NCBI RefSeq assembly: GCF_009914755.1
Contig: NC_060943.1
Reading direction: 5' to 3' (one strand)
DNA: 64,000 bases
Source of the DNA: the human T2T-CHM13v2.0 reference genome, Homo sapiens
The notes under the pieces were generated by a model. That model worked only from the letters and a program-made list of their open reading frames with translations. It had not been told where the DNA came from and did no database searches. Below are positions 27,844 through 41,209 of this stretch, piece by piece. The position numbers and the translations under genes were made by a program. How positions within the stretch are numbered: the stretch's first letter is position 1; every line of letters begins with the position of its first letter.

Positions 27844-28063
27844 CTGGAACAGAAAGACAAGGAGTTCCCATCACTTTGAGGACTGGGGACACTGACCCTG
27901 TCTCCCCAGGAGCCCCATAAATGGGGAAGGTGGAGCCAGCATCCTCCTGACCCCCAACTCCCAGCCAAGATTCCAGGACCCAGATCCTTGAGTCTGGGTC
28001 CCACATCCAACTGGCCTCAAGGAATCCCGATCAAAGACCCAGACGTCCTGGCCCAGAACTCAC

Positions 28064-28342
28064 AGGATATGTTGAGTCGGACAGCCCTGGTCATGGTCAC
28101 ACCGGCCCCAGGCAAGGTCACCTGACAGGTGAGGCTGGTGCCATGGTCCTGGGGCTGTGGGATGAGGCTGAGCATCGAGGAGCGAGTGATAGTGGGGTCC
28201 AGGGAGGACACGGAGGCCCCCATCCAGGTGATCGTGGGGGGCGTCCCCTGTTCACAGGCCCAGGGCACAGAGCAGGTCAGGTTCCTGGGGTGGCCAGACT
28301 CCAGGGTCCCCGGGATGGAGAAGGTGGGCATGTGAGTCAGGG
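28064..28342 (-). CDS. SIGLEC12: SIGLEC12 C2-set 1 exon
   Basis: ALTHMPTFSIPGTLESGHPRNLTCSVPWACEQGTPP...LNIS; 279 nt, phase 1-1. Confidence 0.95.
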
Positions 28343-28492
28343 CTGGTGATGAAAGGGAGACAGGCAAAATGAGGGTGTTGGGGTCTGAAGTGTGGTGCTG
28401 AGGAGGCTCAGGCTCTGGTCTTACTCCTCTCCTGAGCCAGATATGCTTCACCTCCAACTCTCTCCCAGGATGGGGGTCCCACCTCAGCCCTA

Positions 28493-29152
<660 letters not shown>

Positions 29153-29489
29153 TCATTCCCTCTGCACAGAGTGAAGGAAACCCTAAAGCTCAGAGACCCT
29201 AGAGACCCACCCAGGGAGGAGAAGAGACCGTGTCCTGCCTCCTACCTCCGGGCTTCCCTGAAGCACCAGGGCCTGCACCAGACACGTAGGTCCTGCCCTC
29301 CCGGCCTCTGGACCATCGTGGAGGTCCCTCCTGTCTTTTGAGCATCTAAATGTGGATCTCCGAAGACCTCAGGGCATGAGAGATGGAGGGGCCGTGTGCT
29401 GAGTCTCCCTGTCCAGGCTCAGGTGCCTCTGCTGCCCTTGGTTTGTGCCAGGAAGTGCTTCCTCCCTGGCCTGGCCTGAGAGAGTCACG

Positions 29490-29705
29490 GGGTTGTGTAG
29501 ACCTAAGGCTCTCAACTGGGGAGGACTTAACCCCCCAGGACGTTTGACAATGTGTGGAGATAATTGTCTCGCTGCATGGGTGGGGTGGGTGCTTCTGGCA
29601 TCTGGTGGGGAGAGGCCTGGGATGGTGCTAAACCCCGGCCATGCCTAGGACAGGCCCCAAAACAAGGAGTCATAAGGCCCCACATGCCACAGTGCCAGCG
29701 TCAGA
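29490..29705. mobile_element. MER20-like DNA transposon remnant at the SIGLEC12 internal fusion junction
   Basis: TCTCAACTGGG...CCCCAGGACGTTTGACAATG...GGCATCTGGTGGG...GGGATGGTGCTAAAC. Confidence 0.65.
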
Positions 29706-29723
29706 GGCAGGATGAGGATGTCA

Positions 29724-30987
<1,264 letters not shown>

Positions 30988-32445
30988 TCAGTCTCGGGAG
31001 GACTGAGCAGAGAGACACGGGGTCGTGGAGGTGAGGATTCCATGTGTTGATACACACCAAAGACACAGAGAAGAGCCCAGTTCACAGGAGGCCTGAGAAG
31101 CTAAGGCTGTGACTGTTGTACAGTGAGGTCTGGAAGGGAGGAATGTTGGATGGGAAGGGACAGATTTCTAAAGGGGCAGGCGTTTCTCTCTCGGCCATGG
31201 CTCTCTGGGTTCAGGATGGGATCCTTCACCACTGCTCTCTCACAAGTCCTCCTTACTCCAGAGCATGAGGGGTCTGCTGGCCCTTTGTTCCTGCAGGCTC
31301 TGCTCCCAGGGTTTCAGGTGAACAGGAGACGTGGAGCGAGGACACCAGCCCTGGCGTGTCCACGCTCAATGATGGACAGGATTTCATGGGAGAAGAAATG
31401 CACCTGAATTCAGCAGAAGAGTTTTTGAAACTGTATGCTATGTGCTGGGAGGAAGGTGGGGAAAATCCTGCAAGATTCGCCCTCCTTAGACCCATGTCAG
31501 CTTTTCTTGAAACAATGATTTTTGGGGAAATGTAATACAAGTAAATAAAAGTGCCACCTAAAAAAATGACTCAGTGATTTTCACCAAATTATCACTGTTC
31601 AAGAAATAGAACATCACAAGATAATTGCCAAATTTCTCCCATGAGATGAAGAAAGAAATTGCATTCATTTATTCAGCCCTGTGTTTCCCCTTCCTATAGG
31701 CCACATGCAGTTCCTCCTGAAGACGCCCCAGCCTCACTTTAATGATAATGGTCTCCTTGCTTTTCTATGTAGTTTTATCATCTGAGTGCACTGCCTTCAA
31801 TACTATGGCTTTGCATAGGTTTTTCTAAAGACTATTTTTACATAAAAACCACAATCTGTTTTATTTTACTCAGCTCCATGGATCTTCCCATCCCCATGTT
31901 GTCCCCAATTGCCCATAACCTGGAGTAGAGTCAGTCGGCTGTGATAATTGAAAAGGAAATGTGCAGGATTGGGGCATGCATAGCTGCTCCTCTCCCTGAC
32001 ACCACTAATTCCTGCATTTGCAGCTTGTATCTCATCCTGCAGACCAATCTGCTCCTGGGCCCCCATCCTTGCCGTGTCACTTTCTTCCCGTAAGGACAGT
32101 TGCAGCATCTCAATGGGAAGAAGGGCTCGACCACGGCCCATCTCTTTCCCACAGTCCCCAATTGGCAAAGAAAAGCAGAAAAATGGGAAGGAGAGACATG
32201 AGGAAGCCACAGAGAATCTGCAAAGGAAGAACGTTTGAACCACATATGACTCAGAGGAGCTGATGGGCCCTCTAGACCCACTTCCATAATTTGGAGAGGA
32301 AGATATTAAGGACCAGAGTGACAAGTGCTACAGCTACATGTCTCTCCTCAAAATTCATTTGTTGACCTTTGAACCCCCATGTGATAGTATTAGAAGGCAT
32401 GGTGTTTAGATAGGTGGTTTGGATTAGCCTAATAGGATTAGAGCC

Positions 32446-33437
32446 TGATATGGTTTGGATCTGTGTCCCCACCAAATCTCATGCCGAATTATAGGCCTCA
32501 ATATTGAAGGTGGGGTGTAGTGGGAGGTGGTTGGATCACGGGGGTGGATTTCTCATGAATGGCTTAGCACCATCTTCTTGGAGCTGTTCTTGTGAGAGTG
32601 GGTGAGTTCTAACAAGATCTGCTTGTTGTCTGTGTGCAGCATCTCCCCATTTGCTCTATCCTGCTACTCTGGCCATGTGACATGCTGGCTTCCCCTTTGT
32701 TTTTTGCCATGATTGTAAGTTTCCTGAGGAACTCCCCAGAAGCCAAGCAGATGTCAACATCCTGCTTCCTGTACAGCCTGCAGAACCATGAGCCGATTAT
32801 TCCTCTTGTCTTTATAAGTTACCCAGTCACAGGTATTTCTTTATATCAATGGAAGAATGAACTAATACAGAAAATTGGTACAGAGGAGTGGGGCATTGCT
32901 ACAAAGACACCTGAAAATTTGAAAACAACTTTGGAACTGGTTAACAGGCAAAAGTTGGAAGAGTGTGGAGAGCTCACAAAAAGACAGAAAGATAAGGAAA
33001 GTTTGAAACTTCCTAGAGACTGGTTGAATAGTTATGACTGAAATATTGGTCGTGATATGGACAGTGAAGGCCAAGCTGAAGAGGTCTCAGACGGAAATGA
33101 GGAACTTATTGGAAACCAGAGCGATGGTCCATTTTGTTATGCCTTAGCAAAGAACTTCGCTGCATTGTGCCCCTGCCCTAGGAATCTGTGGAGCTTTGAG
33201 CACAAGAGTGAAGATTTTCAGTATCTCGTGGAAGAAATGTCTAAGAAGCAAAGCATTGAAGACATGGCCTGGTTGCTTCTAACAGCATATGCTCATGTGT
33301 GAGCAAAGAAAGAAATCACTGAAAGCTGGAAATTGTATTTAAAAGGGAAGCAGAGTGTAAAAGTTTGGATAATTTGCAGCCTGGCCAAGTGGTAGAAAAG
33401 AAAAGCCCATTTTCAGGGGAGGAATTCAAGCAGGCTG
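32446..33437 (+). mobile_element. MSTA-type LTR (32446-32869) + 5' MST internal region, truncated
   Basis: TGATATGGTTTGGATCTGTGTCCCC...GAACTAATACA, then GAAAATTGGTAC internal start. Confidence 0.85.
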
Positions 33438-34704
33438 TAGTCCCAGAGACCCCAACATTGAAAACAGAGGCTCTTTTTTCCTGGACAATGGGGCCCGAGG
33501 TTTGTCACAGACATGTGGCCCCACAAACAAGGGCACTCATGAAATTCTCACCATGCACCCATGCTCATTCTCTCCCTTGCTTCATACTCCTGACTCAGCC
33601 AGGTCCTTCCAGCTCCGGCTTCAGGGATTCTGCTCCCAGGCCACCCTCCCCCAGGGCTCTCCCTTCCTCTCCAGGGTCAATGCTCACACGATGAAGATGA
33701 CACAAAAGGACAGGAAGACCAGGGCTGGGGCTCCAGCCCCCCCTGACCGCCTGCAGCATCACTCCTGGAGGGTTCTGAGCTCTGCAGGTGAATTCCCCTT
33801 CGTCCCTCAGATACACTTGAGGCAGTTCCAGCAGCCCAGGATTCAAGGGCTGTGAGAGGCTCAGGGTTGGGCTCCCCCAGGTCCAGCTCAGCCTGGCAGG
33901 GGAATTGCTGTCAACAGCACAGACCACATACAGGGACTGGCTTTCCAGGACTGGAAGGGCTGAGCCATTCCCCAAGGTGGTGGATGCTGTAGAGAAAGAG
34001 ACAGAGGGTCAGAAAGACAGTGATCAAGACAAGGAGGAATGATACAGAAAGAGACTGGTGGATGGAACAGACACTGATACAGGCTGAAGTGCAGGGCCAT
34101 ACACACCTTCTCAGCTCACTGTTGGGGATGTAAACTTGCCCACTTTTAGTTGAGAACAACTTCATTTTATTAAAATTAGAAAGAACGTATAACACTGCTA
34201 TATTTTGCTTTTAGGAACTATGCTATACACTCAGATATTGCTTGTGGAAGTAGATTTATGATTATTCATTACAGTGTTTCTGCAGTACGATAAAATTAGT
34301 GCCATGATTTTCCACTGGGAGATGCTACACAATCAGAGTCCATCCATGCAGTGGAATCACACACAGCCCTAGAGGAGGGTGTGGGCAGTCTCACTATTGA
34401 TATTGGAGCACCTCTGAGATCCTCCAGGTGAGCAAACCAAGGCCCAGGGCAGCCTAGATGGACGCTGGGCGATTCTGGGGACAGACTCTGCTATGCATTT
34501 TGAATTTTCACCCATGTGACCATAACATGTATCCAAAAGAACGTAGCTCAAAACTATTGGGGAAAAGGAAAGATGAGGTAGGTGGTGTTTTCAGGAGATG
34601 GAAGAAAACAGGCCTCAAAGCCTGTGTTGTGAATCTCCCCCTGCCTTTGCTGTGGGGCTGAGGGGTGTGTGTGTGGAAGAGTCTTAGGGGAGTGATAGGG
34701 AAGT
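33438..34704 (-). pseudogene. Siglec pseudogene fragment: C2-set 2 exon + TM exon + flanking introns (unprocessed)
   Basis: Colinear with SIGLEC12 ~25727-27640; GNGSALPVLESQSLYVVCAVDSNSPARLSWTW...EGEFTCRAQNP fused by deletion to a frameshifted TM exon. Confidence 0.9.
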
Positions 34705-35585
34705 GTAGAGTCATCAGCAGCTTGCAACCTCAACATGGAAAAGCTACAGGCACTCATCTCCAACCTATGAGAGCAGCCACGTGGCCTACACCTGTCAAAG
34801 CCACAGGCAGAACTGCCCACGGCCTTGGGAGCTCACCCCTTGCACCAATGTGCCCAGGATGTGGGACACAAAGTCAAAGATTATTATTAAGCTCTAAGGT
34901 TTAATGTCTGCCTGCAGGAATTTGGATTTACACGGAGCCTGTTGCCACTTTCTTTGGGGCAATTTCTCCTTTTTGGAATGGGAATATTTCCCCAATGCCT
35001 GAACCACCAATGTATCTTGGAATTAAATAACTTGTTTCCTATTTCACAGGGTCATAGGTGGGAAGAACTTGCCTTGAGTCTCAGATGAGACTTTGCACTT
35101 TCAGTTGATGCTGGAAAGAGTTCAGATGTTGGAGGACTGCTGGGAAGAGATTATTGTATTTTGCAATGTGAGAAAGAGATGAGATTTGAGGAGCCAAGGC
35201 AGACTGATACAGTCTTGATATTTGTCCCCTCCAAATCTCATGTTGACATGTAATCCCTTATGTTGGAGGTGGAGCCTGGTAGGAGGTGTTTGGGTCATGG
35301 TGCCCTCCCATGACAATGAATTCTCACTCCATTAGTTCACAGAAGAGCTGGTTGTTGAAAAGAGCCTGGTGTCTCTTCTTGCTCCTTCTCTCACCATGTG
35401 GCATGCCTGCTCCCCTTTCACCTTCTGCTATGATTAGAAGTTTTCAGAGGCTTCACTAAAAGCTGAGCAGATGCTGATTCCTTACTTGTACATCCTGCAG
35501 AAATGTGAACCAAATAAACCTCTATTCATTCTAAATTACTCAGTCTCAGGTATTCCTTTACGGCAATGCAAAACGGACTAACACA
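34705..35585 (+). mobile_element. 3' MST internal region + MSTB-type 3' LTR (35205-35585)
   Basis: TGATACAG...AATAAACCTC...GGACTAACACA followed by TSD ATACT. Confidence 0.85.
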
Positions 35586-36045
35586 ATACTTTAAGTCCTC
35601 TCCAGATTATTGATAATACCTAATACAATGTCAATGCTATGCAGCTAGTTGTTATAATGTATTTTAATTGTATTATTTTTCATGATTGTGTTGTTGTTCT
35701 TATTGGTTTTTGTTTTTTTGAATATCTTTGATCCCCAGATGGCTGAATCCAAGGATATGGAATGGGTGGATATGGAAGGTGCACTGTATCCATTTGAAAT
35801 GAGGCCACTTGTATGGGTCCTAATTCAATATAACTTCTGTCCATCTAGGAGAGAAGATTAGGACACAGAGACACACAAACCATGTGAGGACACAGAGAGA
35901 AGTCAGCAGCTACAAGCCAAGTAGAGAGTTCCAGAAGGAACCAACTCTGCTGACATGTTCAGCACAAGAACCGTGAGAAAAAAAAATTGTTGTTTCAGCC
36001 TCTCTGCCTGTGGCACGTTGCTATGAGAGCTTGAGTGACTAACAA
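35586..36045 (+). mobile_element. MER2 3' half (35586-35786) + MLT1B-type 3' half (35789-36045)
   Basis: ATACTTTAAG...TAATACCTAATACAATG...CACTG|TA, then GAAATGAGG...GAAGATTAGGACACAG. Confidence 0.75.
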
Positions 36046-37099
36046 AGTGGATAAGAGAACAAGGACAAGGCGGAGACAGGAACAGCTAGGGGTCACCTCC
36101 TCCAGAAGGCCTCTCCTGACTTTCCTCCATTACAAAGAGCTGACCACTCCCTTCCCAGGACCTGTCCTGAATATCTCTCCAGCATCTGGGTCACTTAGGA
36201 GACCCCCAGTGCTTTTCTATTTTTAAGAGTCTTCATTTACCAACTTGGGGTCCCTGGAGCTCATATGCCATGTAAGATTCACCTCCATCTATCCTCTTTA
36301 ACTCAGCATCTGTTTGGTACTCCCGGTGCACGGAGGTTGAGGGATGAGCTCCTTGTCTCTCCGTGACCAAAACAGAGTCATTTCAGGAAGTGCCAAGTGA
36401 GGGGACAATATCTTGCCGAGTTTACTCCACTCACCCCACATACCCCAAGCCCTTCATGTTGCCTGAAACTCTCGCCTTCAGTGTTACCTTTGAGTACAAG
36501 TGTTCAGATCTCAAAAGCTGTTACAAGCATTGCCCAATTGAATGACAGAGGAGGAAGGGAGACTGGGAAGTGGACTAAGGCCTAGTGGGGATGGGAGGGT
36601 ACTTCTGGGAGACCAAAGGTCAGTGAGTTCACCAGGAAGCATGAAGGCGTGGGGCTGACACCAGCCTAAGGTGGACAGATTTATCAAAACAAAAAAAAAA
36701 ACCATGGAACATATGTGGTTGAATTTGAATTTCAGATAAAAACTTTTTTTTTTTAGCGTAAGCATGCCTCATGCAATATTTGGAACATACTTATGCTAAA
36801 AAATATATTATTTATTCTCTATCTGAAAGTCCATTTCAAGCAGGCATCCTGTATTTTATCTGAGACGACCAGCCCCCTCCAGCAACTGTTCCTCCCCTGC
36901 ATCCATCACCACCACTGCTGGTAGCCCAGATAAGGGGAGTTCCCTGTGGACTTTCATTGCTGTTTCCTCACTGACCTCTAAATTGGGGGCCAGAGGGAGA
37001 GCCCCCAAACCCCTCTGCACCCATAGCCATGCCCCCAGGACAGACACAGCTCTCCCTCTTCTCTTCCCTGGAGGGGGCTCTGGAAGGACCAGCTCAGCA

Positions 37100-38140
37100 A
37101 ACCCGAGGCCAGGCAGCCCCCAGGAGACCCAGAGGACAAGTGGCAAGGTGGGCTGGGGACTGGGGAGGAAGGGAAAGGAGTCCTTCCACCCTTGGTGGTG
37201 TCCATGTGCCCTGCTCCTTCTGCTACCCCCAAGACAGCTGGACTGACTCTGACCCACTTCACAGCTATTGGTTAGGGGAAGTGGCCCTTCCAGCCTCAGA
37301 TGTTCCAGTGGCCACAAACAACCCAGATAGAAAAGTGCAGGAGGAGACCCAGGGACAGTTGCAACTTTCCAGGGACCGACAGATCAATGACTGCTCCCTG
37401 AGGGGTCATACTTCTTTCACATGGAGGGAGGGAATATGAAATGGAGATACAAAATTAACCAGTTGTCCATGCATGTGATGCGTAAGGCATGGGCTCCAGG
37501 AGAGGCCATAAGCAAAGGTGCTGTGGCGGCAGGGCAGGGCTGGGACTGGATCTCCATCCTGGGATGGCATGGCGTTGATGGGCTCAGGAGAAGAACTGGA
37601 CCAGAGCCTGAGCTTCCCCCTGGGTGGCACCTTGGATCCCCATCCTAATCCTGCTTGTCCCCCTCTCCTCACCAGCCCTGACCCACAGGTCCAACCCACA
37701 GGCCCGACATCTTCATCCCAATAACCCTGGAGTCGGCTGCCCCAGCAATCTAACCTGCTCTGTGCCTTGGGCCTGTGAGCAGGGGATGCCTCCGACAATC
37801 ACCTGGATGGGGCCTCCATGTTCCCACTGGGCTCCACCTCGGTGCCCTCCACAGTCCAGGACCACGACGCCAGCCTCACCTGTCAGGTGACTTTACCGAG
37901 GGCTGGTGTGACCACGAACAGTAACATCCAACTCAATGTGTTCTGTGAGTGTTGGGCCAGGATGCCCAGGCCCCTGACTGGGTTTCCCTGAGGGCAGTGG
38001 GATGCGGGTCAGGGTTGGACACAGGGATCTGGGTCCCGGTATCTGGGCTGGGAGTCAGGGGTCTGGAGGATGCTGGCTCCACCTTTTCCATTTATATGGC
38101 TCCTGGGGAGAGAGGGCCAGTGTCCCCAGCCCTCAGAGTC
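37100..38140 (+). pseudogene. Siglec pseudogene fragment: V-set (~37190-37480) + C2-set 1 (~37675-37944), inverted relative to neighbours
   Basis: VHVPCSFCYPQDSWTDSDPLHSYW...VATNNPDRKVQEETQGQ...DCSL, GNMKWRYKINQLSMHVM, ALTHR, SNLTCSVPWACEQGMPPTITWMG, with frameshifts and deletions; downstream intron resembles SIGLEC12 27870-28060. Confidence 0.9.
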
Positions 38141-38570
38141 ACCCACCACCATGTCCAGCTAATTTTTATATTTTTAGTAGAGATGGGGTTTCGCCATTTG
38201 GCCAGGCTGGTCTCAAACTCCTGAGCTCAAGGGATCCTCCCACCTCGGCCTCCCAAATTGTTGGGATTACAGGCATGAGCCACTGCACCCAGCCTCAGCA
38301 TGAGATTTGAAGGGGACAAACATTCAAACTATATCAAGTATAGAGGAGGATGTGCTTATGTTACATGCAAATACTCTTTCATTTTCTATCAGAGACTTGA
38401 GTATCATGGGTTTTGGTATCCAAGGGGGGTTCACTCCCCCACTAATACCAAGGGACAGACGTATCTCTTTAAAGATGTGTTTCCAAATACAGTCACATTC
38501 TTAGGTACTGGACGTTGGATTTCAACAGATAAATTTGGTTGGGGAGAGGAACACAATTCAGACCCTAATA
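38141..38570 (-). mobile_element. Truncated Alu (38141-38294), MST LTR 5' tip (38295-38336), MER2 5' half (38337-38461), MLT1B-type 5' half (38464-38570)
   Basis: Reverse complement reads MLT1 start, TA, MER2 start ending CTATACT, TGATATAGTTTGAATGTTTGTCCCC, then GGCTGGGTGCAGTGG. Confidence 0.8.
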
Positions 38571-40068
38571 TTTACCTTCCCCTTTTCTCTGATCTCTGGT
38601 TCCCCATGAGCCACCAACATGTGTATTCTCCAAAAAAAAAAAAAAGTTATCTTTTTCCTGGGAACGCTCATGTTGGGAAATATCACACCCTCCCCTCCAT
38701 CCACAGAGCTCAGAAAAAAGGCCTCTCACAAGAAGGTGTAAACGGAGGAGGGTGTGGGTGTGGTTCCCTCAGACCTCAGAGCTGACCCCTGAGGTCCTGC
38801 AATCCTAGGCCCAGCCCCACTTCTGCCTTTGGGCATTTCATACCCATATGGAACCAGCTGACAGGAACCAGGAAAGTGGTAACGTCTCCGTCCTCCTGTG
38901 GATTTTTCTATGCCATTGTTCTCAGTTGCCCATGGGCCAGAGAAGGGAGAGAGGACCCCCTGCCACCTTGAGGCTGAAAGGTGCCAATCTGGGACTCCCC
39001 AGTGGATTCAGAGGCCTCACCATCTCCACTGAGAGTGTGGCCCCCCTTGGGTTAGATCTCCCTTTTAACCTTAGAGCTGATCCCCGTGGTGAGAATGAGG
39101 ACCTATGGACTTCAGCACTAGGGGAGGACAGTGTGGGGTCAGGCAGCATCTGTGTGCACAGCTGAATTGAAGCAGAGCTGGGTTTGATAGGAAGAGAAAG
39201 GGAGAGAGGGGGTCAGGGGCCTTCAGTGGCTCTGCTGTGGGTTGATCCTTCTCACTCCTGGGAGGTGCTGCCAAGAGGGTCCTGGAAAAGTTTCTGAGCC
39301 CATCAGCCCCTGTGCCTGTCTCCCTGCAAACTTGTGGGTTCCCTCTTCTCTTCACAGGAGGATTTCTCTGAGGAAATGTCTTCCTTCATTTCCTCTCCAC
39401 CCTATTTCATCTTGCTCTGTCCCTACCACATCATTCAAACGGTTCTGGTCAGGATTACTAACGACCTCCAAAGTGCTGAACCACCTGTACAATTTCTATT
39501 CTCATCTCACTTGGATGCCTCTCTCTCAGTAGCATTAGGCTCAGTCACTCATTCCTGTTTAAAACACTTCATAGATTGGCTTCTGGGCCACCTAGAGCTG
39601 CCACCTTGCACCAGTTGTGGGCAACACACACATACTCCTAAGTCACCTGCCTGGATCAAACTATATGTAACATACTAGAAACTTCATGCCTCCTTCTACC
39701 TTCCTAACCATCTTCCTTATCTTTCTAAGGGTTCCTCCTCTGTTCCTGACACCTAACTGTTGAAATCCATCCTATTCCAACATGTCCTATTTGAAATGCG
39801 AAATATGAAAAGGTTCCTATTTCATATACTGTTTTAAAAACACAAGCTACCAATGTCAATTCTTTGATTTTCAGATCATCATATTCTCATATCCTATGAT
39901 GATAGTGAAGGAGGCTGAGGGGAGGGTGTGTGGGTCCTCCCTGTACATTTCTTTGCAACTTCCTATGAATCTGTAGTTGTTTCCAAATCAAAAATAAAAC
40001 AAAAAAACAAAAAACGACCATGAAGGCACATGAGAATGACAACCAAGAGACTCGCTGATGACTGGTAA

Positions 40069-40622
<554 letters not shown>

Positions 40623-41209
40623 TTGTATTTTTTATTTCTTAGTTAATTTCACTGGCTAGGACCTATACTACAATGTCGAATAGAAATAATAGGGCAGATA
40701 TTCCTTCCTTTCTCCCAATCTTAGGGGAAAAAGTGTTCAATATTTCTTTATTACGTATGATGCTAATTGCAGGTTTTTAGATGCTCTTAATCAAATCGAA
40801 GTTTTTCTCTTCTAGTCCTAATTTGTTGAGATTGTTTTAAATTATAAATGTGTTTTAAATTCTGCCCAGCGTTATTTCTGGAGTAATCAAGAGGCACATT
40901 TGATGTTTCTCTTTTATTCTGGTAGCGTGGTGAATTACATTTATTTTTGGATGTGAAACCCCACTTGGTCATCATGTATTACGTCAATTTTATTTGTTGG
41001 ATTGGATTTACTTATATTTAAATGAAGACTTTTCTATGTTCATGAGGTGCAGTGATCTGCAGTTTTCTTTTCTTGTAACGTCCTCATGAAGCTTTGGTAT
41101 CAGGTTTGAATTTTGCCTCATGAAATGAGTGTTTTCTCCTTCTCTATTTACTGAGGGAGTCTGGGAAAGTTTGATATTATTTCTCCTTTAAATGTTTCGT
41201 AGAATTCCA

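Noticed and set aside
31866-32324. 152-aa ORF as an upstream SIGLEC12 exon or novel gene
   Set aside because: No recognisable domain and only a weak GTGTCA donor; cannot be supported from sequence alone
32446-35585. Apparent MST provirus that captured a Siglec gene fragment (LTR-int-Siglec-int-LTR)
   Set aside because: The two LTRs look like different subfamilies and share no TSD. The right LTR's TSD partner is at 38337-38341, so the arrangement results from deletion plus inversion rather than transduction.
34707-38141. AGAGTCA 7-mer at both inversion breakpoints
   Set aside because: Direct rather than inverted orientation, and each copy is explained by its own parent sequence
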